57,107 bases of DNA, from the IMG/VR virus record IMGVR_UViG_3300017774_005323, positions 1 to 57,107 of that record; one strand, written 5' to 3'. The notes under the pieces are model-generated. The model was not told the DNA's origin. It saw only the letters and a list, made by a program, of their open reading frames with translations, and did no database searches. Made by a program: the position numbers and the translations under genes. The stretch comes from a virus. Its lineage: Duplodnaviria > Caudoviricetes. Every line of letters starts with the position of its first letter. Position 1 is the stretch's first letter. Positions 38,847 to 48,200 of the stretch are shown one piece after another.

Positions 38847-40151
38847 ATGGAAAACGAAATAAAAAAAGTAAGGGTTAAGGATCTGGTTTTAAACCCGATT
38901 AACCCGCGAACGATAAAAGACGAAAAGTTTAAGCAACTAAAAAAGTCTATATCAGAGTTTCCCGAAATGCTCGCAGCGCGGCCCATCGTTGTAAACAGCA
39001 AGATGGAGGTACTAGGCGGCAATATGCGCCTTCGCGCAATGCTTGACCTGGGCATTGAATACGCAAACGTTGTAGTTACCAATTTCACAGACGAGCAGCA
39101 AGCCGAATTTATTATCAAAGACAACCTTTCCTTTGGTGAGTGGGATTGGGATGCCCTGGCGAATGAATGGGACACGGAAAAGTTGCAGGATTGGGGCTTG
39201 GATATTCCATCTTATGCGCAATATGATGAAGAAGAAAAAGAGGCATCAAAAAAAGATGCTACCGACAGTTTACGAGCAAAGTTTATTGTACCTCCGTTTT
39301 CAATTCTTGATACTCGGCAGGGATATTGGCAGGATCGAAAACGAGCATGGCGTGAGATAATTGGTGATAATGGTGAAAGTCGTGAAAACAAATTGTTCAC
39401 CAGCCCGCCGACAAATCCGGTAAGCAAAAAACTACAAGAGTCCGGAGGCGTTTCACTTCTCGACCCGGTTCTATCTGAAACAATTTGTCATTGGTTTGCT
39501 GTACCAAACGGAACGGCATTTGATTGCTTCGCTGGTGATTCTGTTTTTGGATATGTAGCGGCCTATACCGGACAAAAATTTACTGGTATCGAGTTGCGTC
39601 AAGAACAAGCAGATCTAAATGCAGCCCGAGTAGCGGGGATGTCAGCGCAGTATATTTGCGATGATGGGCAAAATGTTTGTAATCATATAGAGCCGGAAAG
39701 CCAAGATTTATTTTTTAGTTGCCCGCCATATTTTGATCTTGAGGTTTACAGCGACCTTGAAAATGATGCAAGCAATCAAGGATCATATCCGGATTTTCTG
39801 CAAATATTAAAAAATGCATTTACCGGCGCGATCAAGTGCTTGAAGCCTAACAGATTTGCTGTTGTTGTTGTTGGCGACATACGGGATAAAAATGGGTTTT
39901 ACCGTTGTTTCCCCGATGATATTAAAGCCATTTTTAAGGAGCAGGGTGTTCTTTTTTACAGTGATCTTATACTCATCGAGGTTATTGGAACGGGTGCATT
40001 GCGGGCCTCTAAACAAATGGGAAATCGAAAGCCTGTAAAGTGCCACCAAAACGTATTGGTATTTTACAAAGGCGATCCAACAAAGATCAAAAGCATCTAT
40101 CCAAAAATTGAAATACCTGAAACAGATGGAAGCCAGGATGTGGAACTTTAG
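38847..40151 (+). CDS. ParB-like N-domain fused to an amino-MTase-like domain (start may be 38826)
   Basis: NPINPRTI...GGNMRLRA...IIKDN; FDCFAGDS (motif I), GIELR, SCPPY (motif IV). Confidence 0.85.
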   Translation: MENEIKKVRVKDLVLNPINPRTIKDEKFKQLKKSISEFPEMLAARPIVVNSKMEVLGGNMRLRAMLDLGIEYANVVVTNFTDEQQAEFIIKDNLSFGEWDWDALANEWDTEKLQDWGLDIPSYAQYDEEEKEASKKDATDSLRAKFIVPPFSILDTRQGYWQDRKRAWREIIGDNGESRENKLFTSPPTNPVSKKLQESGGVSLLDPVLSETICHWFAVPNGTAFDCFAGDSVFGYVAAYTGQKFTGIELRQEQADLNAARVAGMSAQYICDDGQNVCNHIEPESQDLFFSCPPYFDLEVYSDLENDASNQGSYPDFLQILKNAFTGAIKCLKPNRFAVVVVGDIRDKNGFYRCFPDDIKAIFKEQGVLFYSDLILIEVIGTGALRASKQMGNRKPVKCHQNVLVFYKGDPTKIKSIYPKIEIPETDGSQDVEL

Positions 40152-40434
40152 TGCTTGGGTGTCAATTACAGAGCCTGCGGATATTTTGGCGTATTATGAA
40201 AAAGCGCTTAATGATTCCGGATTTTGCATAGTAGGGAAGGTGGAGCATCACTTTGATCCGCAAGGGTACACGGTGTTAATATTGCTTAGCGAGAGCCATT
40301 TTGCGGCGCATACATTTCCCGAACATGGCACGACATACATTGAGTTGAGCAGTTGTGTTCCGGGGCCGTTTAATCGGTTCCTTGCAATGACAAATGCGGA
40401 AACGAAAAGATCCGAAAATATCCCGTTAAATTAG
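40126..40434 (+). CDS. speD: S-adenosylmethionine decarboxylase proenzyme
   Basis: HHFDPQGYT...LLSE|SHFAAHTFPE...SSC pyruvoyl-enzyme motif. Confidence 0.9.
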   Translation: MEARMWNFSAWVSITEPADILAYYEKALNDSGFCIVGKVEHHFDPQGYTVLILLSESHFAAHTFPEHGTTYIELSSCVPGPFNRFLAMTNAETKRSENIPLN

Positions 40435-40449
40435 AATTAATAAAGAAAT

Positions 40450-40818
40450 ATGGCACGAAAAGGAGGTACACCCGAAAATTTAAGGCCCGCGCAAAAAGGC
40501 GAGGTGCGCAATCCGAACGGCAGGCCGCGCAAGTTGCCGAACCTTGACACGCTCCTTGCTGAAATTATGGGCGAAGAAAAAGAAGGCATAAGCGCCGCCG
40601 ATGCTATCCTGCGCAAACTTCGCCAAATGGCAACACAGGGCAATTTGCGGGCTGCTGAAATACTTTTAGATCGTGCCTACGGCAAGGCAAAACAGCCGGA
40701 CGCAAAAGCCGAATCAGTAACAGTAAATATATCTAACTACACACCTCCAAAGGCATTAAGTGCCGGGGATGTAGACGATATACTGAAAATTGTAAAAATA
40801 GAGAACAAAAGTGAGTGA
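40450..40818 (+). CDS. terS: Terminase small subunit (putative)
   Basis: ENLRP.QKGEVRNPNGRP...AEILLDRAYGK; overlaps terL. Confidence 0.8.
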   Translation: MARKGGTPENLRPAQKGEVRNPNGRPRKLPNLDTLLAEIMGEEKEGISAADAILRKLRQMATQGNLRAAEILLDRAYGKAKQPDAKAESVTVNISNYTPPKALSAGDVDDILKIVKIENKSE

Positions 40819-42107
40819 GTGCAAATATTCGGTTTTTACCAGCATCGAGGGCGGCGCATTTAACGCCAGGGCAATTGGCGTATATTGGCAACATAGGCGG
40901 TTTTGTCCCTATTGTCGCCAATGACGTATTTATGCCACACTACAACAGGCCCGAAAGAATACAAATATTGTATGGTGGAAGTTCGGCAGGCAAAAGCGAC
41001 TGGAAAGCTACGGAATTACTGATTAAGGTTTTAACCGAACCGTATTGCCGCGTCCTATTTGTCCGAAAAGACCATGTTACCGTTCGGCATTCGCAGTTTC
41101 AACTGTTCAAAGATCAAATAGCGCGGTATAATCTGCAAAAGTATTTCACCGTCCTTGAAGCGCCCATGATCATACGCTGCCATAATGGTAACGTAATGCT
41201 ATCCGGGGGGCTTGACGATGTGGACAAGTTGAAGTCTATTGCAGATATTACAGATATTTGGTTAGAGGAGCCGCTTGACAAACGCGGGAGCATTACAGCC
41301 GATGACTTTTTGGAGTTGGATAGGCGCGTAAGAACGGTAAAGGCACCAAACCACATTCACTTTACCTTTAATCCCATTTCGCGGGACAGTTGGATACACG
41401 ATTACTTTTTAAAGGCAACGGATTACGACCCGTTTGTTTTGAAAACAACGTACTTAGATAATCACTTTAGCCCTGAAAGTCAGCATTTGACTTTTGAGCG
41501 CTTAAGGGTTAGGAACTATCAGCAATACTTGGTCTATGCCCTGGGCGAATGGGGAACGCTAACAGAAGGGCTTGTTTTCAAAGATTACAGCATCGTTCCA
41601 GATATGCCAGCCGATGCGCAAAAGCAGGGGTATGGCATGGACTTTGGTTTTTATCCCGATCCTACGTCGCTTGTGCATTGCGGTATTTATGAAGGAAAAT
41701 TGTATGTTGATGAGGTAATGTATGATTACAACATGACTTCGCATATAAGGGCAAAAACGATGAAAGATCGGTTAGTTTCTAAAAATTTGCGTATTATTGC
41801 GGATCGAAACCCGGAAGCGATCAAAGAAATAAGCGGCTTAGGGTTCCCAAAAATCGAAGCAGCAGACAAAGGGCCTGGGAGTATAAAGCATGGTTTGGAC
41901 TTGTTAGGAAACTACCCTATTTGCATAACAGCGCGGTCTGTGAACTTGAAAAAGGAACTTGATAACTATTCCTGGGTAATGGATAAGCGAACTGGAAAGC
42001 CAACAGGTGAACCGATAGACGAATGGAACCATGCGATTGACGCGATCCGGTATTGGGCAAGCAAACACATAACGTCACAAAAGCCGTTTAAGCGGCAAAT
42101 CAGATAA
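40815..42107 (+). CDS. terL: Terminase large subunit (PBSX/SPP1-like)
   Basis: YGGSSAGKS, IWLEE, TFNP, GMDFGF..DPT, NHAIDAIRY. Confidence 0.95.
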   Translation: MSANIRFLPASRAAHLTPGQLAYIGNIGGFVPIVANDVFMPHYNRPERIQILYGGSSAGKSDWKATELLIKVLTEPYCRVLFVRKDHVTVRHSQFQLFKDQIARYNLQKYFTVLEAPMIIRCHNGNVMLSGGLDDVDKLKSIADITDIWLEEPLDKRGSITADDFLELDRRVRTVKAPNHIHFTFNPISRDSWIHDYFLKATDYDPFVLKTTYLDNHFSPESQHLTFERLRVRNYQQYLVYALGEWGTLTEGLVFKDYSIVPDMPADAQKQGYGMDFGFYPDPTSLVHCGIYEGKLYVDEVMYDYNMTSHIRAKTMKDRLVSKNLRIIADRNPEAIKEISGLGFPKIEAADKGPGSIKHGLDLLGNYPICITARSVNLKKELDNYSWVMDKRTGKPTGEPIDEWNHAIDAIRYWASKHITSQKPFKRQIR

Positions 42108-42109
42108 AA

Positions 42110-42511
42110 ATGGACTTCAAACAATCGCTTATCAGCATCTATAATTTGATGCGCTGGAAAGAAAACAAAACCGCAAAGGAGGCGCAAATTTGCCGTGACT
42201 TTCGTGTATTTGTTACCACAAAGTTTCAGGACAACGAAACCCGCATGACGCTTAACGCCATTGATCGGGGCGATTATGATGCGGAAAAAAAAACTTTGAA
42301 CCCGACGCTAATACAATCGACAGCGCCCGACAGCCCGCAATTATCGCAACCGAACCATACGAACAGCAACAGTACACCCGCCCAAAGCGGAAATGCTGTG
42401 GAGGTTAATTTGAATGCCGATGAATTGCTACAACTGTCCGATGAATCAGCAAAAGAGGCAATTGAATTTCAAAGCGAGGTAAAAAAGCGCGGGCGCAAAC
42501 CAAAAGTTTAA
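42110..42511 (+). CDS. Hypothetical protein
   Basis: 133 aa; basic KKRGRKP tail. Confidence 0.6.
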   Translation: MDFKQSLISIYNLMRWKENKTAKEAQICRDFRVFVTTKFQDNETRMTLNAIDRGDYDAEKKTLNPTLIQSTAPDSPQLSQPNHTNSNSTPAQSGNAVEVNLNADELLQLSDESAKEAIEFQSEVKKRGRKPKV

Positions 42512-42532
42512 ATTTCATCATAAAAAACGCGT

Positions 42533-42829
42533 ATGAATTACCTAATTGATACCGCCGTACTTGTTATTGCAATATCGGCTGTTTGCTTCCTTGTGTACAT
42601 GCTGTTTTTCTTTCCTGATAAAGAGCAGTATAAACACTATGCCGATTTAGAGCAGCAAATAAAACAAGACATAGAAAAGGCCATAAGCGAATATAATCAG
42701 ATTGAAAAATCTGAAAAGATGTACGGACATTTTGCGCCATTCGCAAAGGCAATAACGCGGCATGAACTACCCCTAATCCATTCGACCGAACATAACACCA
42801 CAATCTACGCCCACAAAGCCGATGCTTAA
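42533..42829 (+). CDS. Single-TM protein
   Basis: N-terminal hydrophobic helix. Confidence 0.6.
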   Translation: MNYLIDTAVLVIAISAVCFLVYMLFFFPDKEQYKHYADLEQQIKQDIEKAISEYNQIEKSEKMYGHFAPFAKAITRHELPLIHSTEHNTTIYAHKADA

Positions 42830-43613
42830 CGCCATACTCCAAGACAAGGACGGTAAAGAGGTTCTAAGCATAGAACTACCTACCAACCCGTCCGAACTTA
42901 AACTATCCAGATATATCGACTTTCTCAAAGCACAGGAAGGCTCGGAAAACGCTGTCAAACGCGCCGTGCTGTCAATTAGCGCTATATCGGGTGTAGACTA
43001 CGGTGAAATGCTCGACGCGCAAGTAGGGGGCATTTACAGCAGCGCCACGAACTTAGACGGCACCCTTGCGCCTGTCTTTGCGCACATCTACAAAGTGATC
43101 GGCATGGTAACGCCAAAGCAGCGCACGGAAGCGGACTGCGATTTTGAATATAAGGGCGAACAATACAAAATTCCGTTTATTCAGCAAATCGCATTATCAG
43201 GCGTGGATGTTATGCCGGGGATTTCGGTAATAGAGGCAATAGAAGTTTTGGAAACGAAAAGGATCGCAGAACAATTGCAAACCGAGGACACGACAGGCAG
43301 TGTGCTATTCAGCATGTACCTACGCACAATGGCAGCAATTTGTCGAAAAGAGGGGGAAGGTTTGCCAATTGAAGAAGGCGAAAAGGAAAGGTTTTTGAGT
43401 GATCGAATGAAACACTTTTCCGACATTGATTGTCAAACGGCGCTGGATGTCGCTTTTTTTTTGAGCAGTACATTGCAGGGCTTAGGCGCAAAGGCCGATG
43501 TCTTTACTTTTTTGAGCCGCCTTTGCCTAATTCAAATCTTGGAGATGCGCGTTTGCAAGCCGAAGCGCAAGCCAAAGCAGCAAAACACAACGAAGCGGTC
43601 TTTGCCCGTGTAG
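42822..43613 (+). CDS. Tail assembly chaperone (G-like)
   Basis: LPTNPSELKLSRYIDF...ALDVAFF; T9 slippery site. Confidence 0.65.
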   Translation: MLNAILQDKDGKEVLSIELPTNPSELKLSRYIDFLKAQEGSENAVKRAVLSISAISGVDYGEMLDAQVGGIYSSATNLDGTLAPVFAHIYKVIGMVTPKQRTEADCDFEYKGEQYKIPFIQQIALSGVDVMPGISVIEAIEVLETKRIAEQLQTEDTTGSVLFSMYLRTMAAICRKEGEGLPIEEGEKERFLSDRMKHFSDIDCQTALDVAFFLSSTLQGLGAKADVFTFLSRLCLIQILEMRVCKPKRKPKQQNTTKRSLPV

Positions 43614-43747
43614 GGCATAGGGCGCTACTAACGGCACTAATGGAACATGCCTGGTTTGGTTCTACGCCGTCGCTTTATGAATGCGCTTGCCGGGCGAACT
43701 ACGAAACGGCAATTTCTTTGATGAGTGACAAGATAGCGGAACGGTAA
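43454..43747 (+). CDS. -1 frameshift extension of the tail chaperone (GT-like)
   Basis: T9 at 43454-43462; the -1 frame stays open to 43747 with no good start of its own. Confidence 0.65.
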   Translation, partial: FFFEQYIAGLRRKGRCLYFFEPPLPNSNLGDARLQAEAQAKAAKHNEAVFARVGHRALLTALMEHAWFGSTPSLYECACRANYETAISLMSDKIAER

Positions 43748-43838
43748 AACGTTTGTAGATGGAAACGTGCCGTTCGTCGGATTTTTTGGCACGTTTGTCG
43801 ATACGGTTTTAAAATTTGATACCCCGATATTATCTTTG
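43748..43838 (+). promoter_or_regulatory. Triple-box promoter P7
   Basis: Boxes at 43755 (GTAGAT), 43776 (GTCGGA), 43797; TATCTTTG at 43831. Confidence 0.82.
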
Positions 43839-43892
43839 TAACATCAAAGCAGCGAAGCAATAATGCAAGGCTGCATAAAAAACGCAAAGAAA

Positions 43893-44045
43893 ATGAGCAT
43901 CGAAACAATGAAAGCCCGCACCGAAAAAGAATTAATCAAAATGGGTATTGAAGCAAATGAGGCAAAAACCATGATTGAGAAGTTTTGGAACCAGGTCGAA
44001 TATTTGAAAACAGCAAGAGGCAAGGCGCTTTATATGATAGCATAA
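43893..44045 (+). CDS. Small accessory protein (P7 cassette, 50 aa)
   Basis: AAAACGCA leader; terminator at 44064-44097. Confidence 0.65.
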   Translation: MSIETMKARTEKELIKMGIEANEAKTMIEKFWNQVEYLKTARGKALYMIA

Positions 44046-44136
44046 AATTGGTTTTATAATCACAAAACCCCAATACTTAACTGTGTTGGGTTTTTTTGTT
44101 TTAATCTCCTTATATTTGTGTCAACTTTTGCACAGT

Positions 44137-45054
44137 ATGTCAGATTATGTTTTCAACCTTAACGACTTTTACGGGATATTGGCCGATGCGGTCAGGCATA
44201 GCCCTATTGTGCAAGATCAACCCTGCAAGCGCTTGCAAACGTGGTTAGTTGAAACGGAAGAAGGCGGGCGCTCGCTTCAAACACCCAATTTAGGCGCAAC
44301 AATTTGCGATAAGGGCAAAAACTTCTTTTGGTCGCGGCTTTGGGCGGATATGGGATACCCGAAAGATAAAATCGAGTTTGATTTCCCCGTGCTATCCTGT
44401 TTTGTGCAATCTATCCGCACAAATGAGCCTTTTGCCCGAAACAAGTGGAAAAATCTATATAACATTTCGCTGTCAGTCACAGACGCGCTAAAAAACGACT
44501 GCAAAGACTGCGATTGTTGTGCGTGTGATAAGCGAACAAAGAACGATCTGTTTTTGGACACTTCGCGCCTACTTGACCAGGTTATATTTTATTTGCAAGG
44601 CGTGAAAGTTGCTCGAATTGACGGAGGGCCCTGGGGTTTGTACCATTCGCAATATTTGGAGGCGCTTAACGATGTTGGCGGTATTACAGTTGAAACAGGC
44701 CGGGGCTTTTCTGAAATGCTCAGTGCGAATAATCAGCAACAAAACGGGATATACACAGAAGGGCTGGCGACTTCGCTTTACGGTCGGAGCATTGATTTAA
44801 TCGTACAGGAAAATGTTTGCTTTGAGGATTTAACGTTCAACTTTGAGGAGTTCCCATCCGCCGTGCAAGAAGACCCTTGCTGCCGTACACCTGTTTTGCC
44901 TGGGTTTACTTTCAAGACGTTTCTTAATTCACTTGATTCATACGCAAACGATGCCGACGCAAGGGCGGCGGGCTTAACAACGGGGCAATTTTACTGGTTT
45001 AGCCAAACGACAGACACGGGCATTTATAACACATTTAAGCGCGTTTCTCCATAA
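44137..45054 (+). CDS. Tail terminator/neck-like structural protein with C-terminal YAND..ARAAGL module
   Basis: Tail-region position; DCKDCDCCACD; C-terminal module shared with the next gene. Confidence 0.5.
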   Translation: MSDYVFNLNDFYGILADAVRHSPIVQDQPCKRLQTWLVETEEGGRSLQTPNLGATICDKGKNFFWSRLWADMGYPKDKIEFDFPVLSCFVQSIRTNEPFARNKWKNLYNISLSVTDALKNDCKDCDCCACDKRTKNDLFLDTSRLLDQVIFYLQGVKVARIDGGPWGLYHSQYLEALNDVGGITVETGRGFSEMLSANNQQQNGIYTEGLATSLYGRSIDLIVQENVCFEDLTFNFEEFPSAVQEDPCCRTPVLPGFTFKTFLNSLDSYANDADARAAGLTTGQFYWFSQTTDTGIYNTFKRVSP

Positions 45055-45266
45055 TGGCAAATGAATGTGAATTGATCTATGTTGAAGGGGCTGCATACCC
45101 GACATACTTCTTTGAAATGCTCACAGCGTATTTGTCCGGGCTTGGTAGTTATGCAAACGACACGGCAGCGCGGGCGGCGGGGCTTACAACAAACGATCAT
45201 TACTGGTTTTCAGTTGAAACAGATACGGGCATAACGGATATGTTAAAGCGCGTTTCGCCATTATAA
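45054..45266 (+). CDS. Small protein consisting mostly of the YAND..ARAAGL module
   Basis: SYANDTAARAAGLTTNDHYWFS..TDTGI...KRVSP paralogous to the upstream C-terminus. Confidence 0.7.
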   Translation: MANECELIYVEGAAYPTYFFEMLTAYLSGLGSYANDTAARAAGLTTNDHYWFSVETDTGITDMLKRVSPL

Positions 45267-45287
45267 AAATCAAAACTTCAAAAAACC

Positions 45288-48200
45288 ATGAAAAAAATAT
45301 TTGCAGCGCTTTTGCTGATTGTTTCCTTTGCCCCATTCGTTTCGGCACAAACGCCATTTACAGCGCCTTGGGGGTTCAATTATTCGGCACCAACGGGCGC
45401 ACCGTCCGCACTTGGTACGCGGGTGCGCTTTGACATTACCACAGGGCGCATATACACATGGTCACCGGACGCGCTCAACTGGCAATTGCAGGGCTACACA
45501 ATCGACCAAATATCTGGAACAAGCGCACCCGCTTACGCACCCGTTCGCGGCCAAAGTTGGTTTGCGGTGAACGGTGATACCTTGCCCCGCTTGTACCAAT
45601 ACACAGGAATAGGTACTATTTGGAAATGCCTTAATTGTTCGGACGGTAAAACCTATACGGCGGGGACTGGCATAGGCATTGCCGGGACAGTTATTAGTAA
45701 CACGGGCGATTTGAGTAATACAAACGAACTGCAAACCATTGATACCTTTTCCGTGTCCGGCTCTATTGTTTCTCTTTCGCTTTCAAATGATGCGCAACCT
45801 GCAAAAACGATCACGCTGCCAGCGAGCGGCATTACAGCCCTTACGGGTGATGTAACAGCCACAGGGCCGGGGAGCGCGGCGGCTACCATTGCAAATGGCG
45901 CGGTAAACGGTGCAAAGTTGGCTACTAATTCAGTTGACAGCACAAAGGTTATCGCTCGCAGTATTGCGGGATCGGATATTGCGCTTGCAACTATTGCCGG
46001 AGTGAACATTCAAACAAATACGATTGACAGTACACGCCTACGGCCATTATCCATTCCTAATTCAGACATCGCAAATGTGGCTCCAAACAAATTACTGCAA
46101 AGCGGGGCAAGTATGGGGCAGTTTTTGGGCTGGAATGGCAGTATTTGGGGGCCGACCGCACCTCCAAATGATTGGGCATTATTAGGCAATGCCGCAACGG
46201 CGGGCAGTTCGTTTTTGGGTACAACGAATTTAACATCGTTGCGCTTTCGGACAAATAATGTCCAGCGCCTCATTTTAGATTCTTTGGGAAATTTTGGTGT
46301 TGGAGTTAACGTACCCCTGGCAAGGATGCACGTTGCAGGCTCAGATTTATTAGGGGCAACATCGGGATTTTTAGTTAGTAATTCGGGGGGGTCTAAATTA
46401 TTTGACATACGCAATAGTGGGCTTATTAGATTTGGCAATCAGCCAAACGGCGCTGCCTTATACCCTGCGGATATGTCGACAGGCGGCGGCACCTCAAACC
46501 TTAGCGGCCTATCACTAGAATACGCGATTTCTTCTCCTTCTCCTCCAAGCGCAGCCTTCTCCTATACGGGTAATTTTACGCATACAAGTGGCGGGGCTTT
46601 TTCTGTGATCCGTAACGGTGCGGTGTTCCAGCCTAGTTCCGGGTCGGTTGCGTTTAATTACTTTGCCGTTGAAAACGGATTTATAAACCAAACGGGCGGC
46701 GCAAACGGCATAGTTCGCGGCTTTTACTTCAATCCGACTATAACGAGCGCTCCTAATTTACGCGCCATTGAGACAATAGTTGGAGATTCAAGATTTGGCA
46801 GCACATCTGGAAGTGTTGGTATTGGAGTTGCAACTGGAACGGCTTTAGCCGCTCGCCTTCAGGTAGTAGGCTCCGGCTCCACCTCCGCCACATGGACGGC
46901 GCAGTTTCATAATTCTACAGGTACGAATAATGCGCTGCGGATCAATGACGACGGCACTGTTTACATGGAAGGCCGTTTGAAATTTGGCGGGATAAATACC
47001 CAAGCATCAGTTTATGGATCTGGGACGCTAAACCAAGAAAGCTTAAACATAATAAGCGGCTTATCTCCCGGAACAGCAGGTAGCGATATTACCATGTCTA
47101 ATGGGCAAGGCGATCCGACCATAACAACCAGCACCAGAAGTATAATTAATTGCCAACGCGGGTTCGCCCCCACATCTGGAACGGGCGAATACCGGATGGT
47201 AAACATGCAGCCTGTTATTAACCAAACGGGTGGCGCTTCGGGTCCGTCCATTGGTTTTCTCGCAGCCCCCACCCTAACCAGCGCCGCAAGTTGGCGGTCA
47301 TTTGAATACCGCAATAATACCGGATGGGGTATTTATGGCGTAGGCACCGCCCCATCGCATTTTGGCGGGGATATAAGAATTGGAACCACTTCAGCATCCG
47401 CAACTAACCTGACTATGGTTCGCCCACTTACAGGAGCCACTACTGTTTTTGCATCTAATCTTATAGCTACAATACAAAGTGATGTGCTTCAAGGCATTGG
47501 CTATTCCTCTGCGATGGCTACTCAAGCCGCTACGTTTTCCACAACAATTCGGCATTTCTACGCCCAACAAAGCACGTTCGGCGCTGGGAGTACAGTAACG
47601 CAACAATCTGGTTTTTTTGCTAGCGGTTCTTTGATAGGCGCAACGGAAAACTATGGATTTCATGGCGTTATCCCATCCGGCGCAGGGCGCTGGAATTTAT
47701 TTATGAGCGGCACGGCCGACAATGCCTTGGCGGGATCAACTATAATTGGGGCGTCTACTGCACCCGCCGCTCGCCTTCACGTCCAGGGCTCCGGCTCCAC
47801 CTCCTCCACATGGACGGCGCAATTCCATAATTCGACGGGTACGAATAATGCATTGTTAATTCGTGACGATGGCGCTTTAGGTTTTGGGACTTCAACCCTA
47901 AATGATAGGTTTAATTTTAGATTTGACCAAAACGCAATAACTGTATTACGAAACACAAATACAAGTTCGGGGACGGGTGCCGCAACCGCAATTGTAACGG
48001 GTGTGGCAGGGCAAGCATTTGGCATGTTTGCTTACCCATCTACATATACGGTTAACGCAGCAAGAACAGGTCGCGGCATTTTTGATACGGATTCTGGACT
48101 TTCTAACGGAATGCTTTTTTCTACATCGGCGGGGCCGATAGAGTTTGCGCCCGGCACTAACAAGTTAATGACCCTAACAACAGCAGGAAATTTAATGGTA

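Noticed and set aside
38847-39220. ParB domain as a plasmid partition system
   Set aside because: It is fused to an MTase-like domain next to terminase, a common phage arrangement, and there is no ParA
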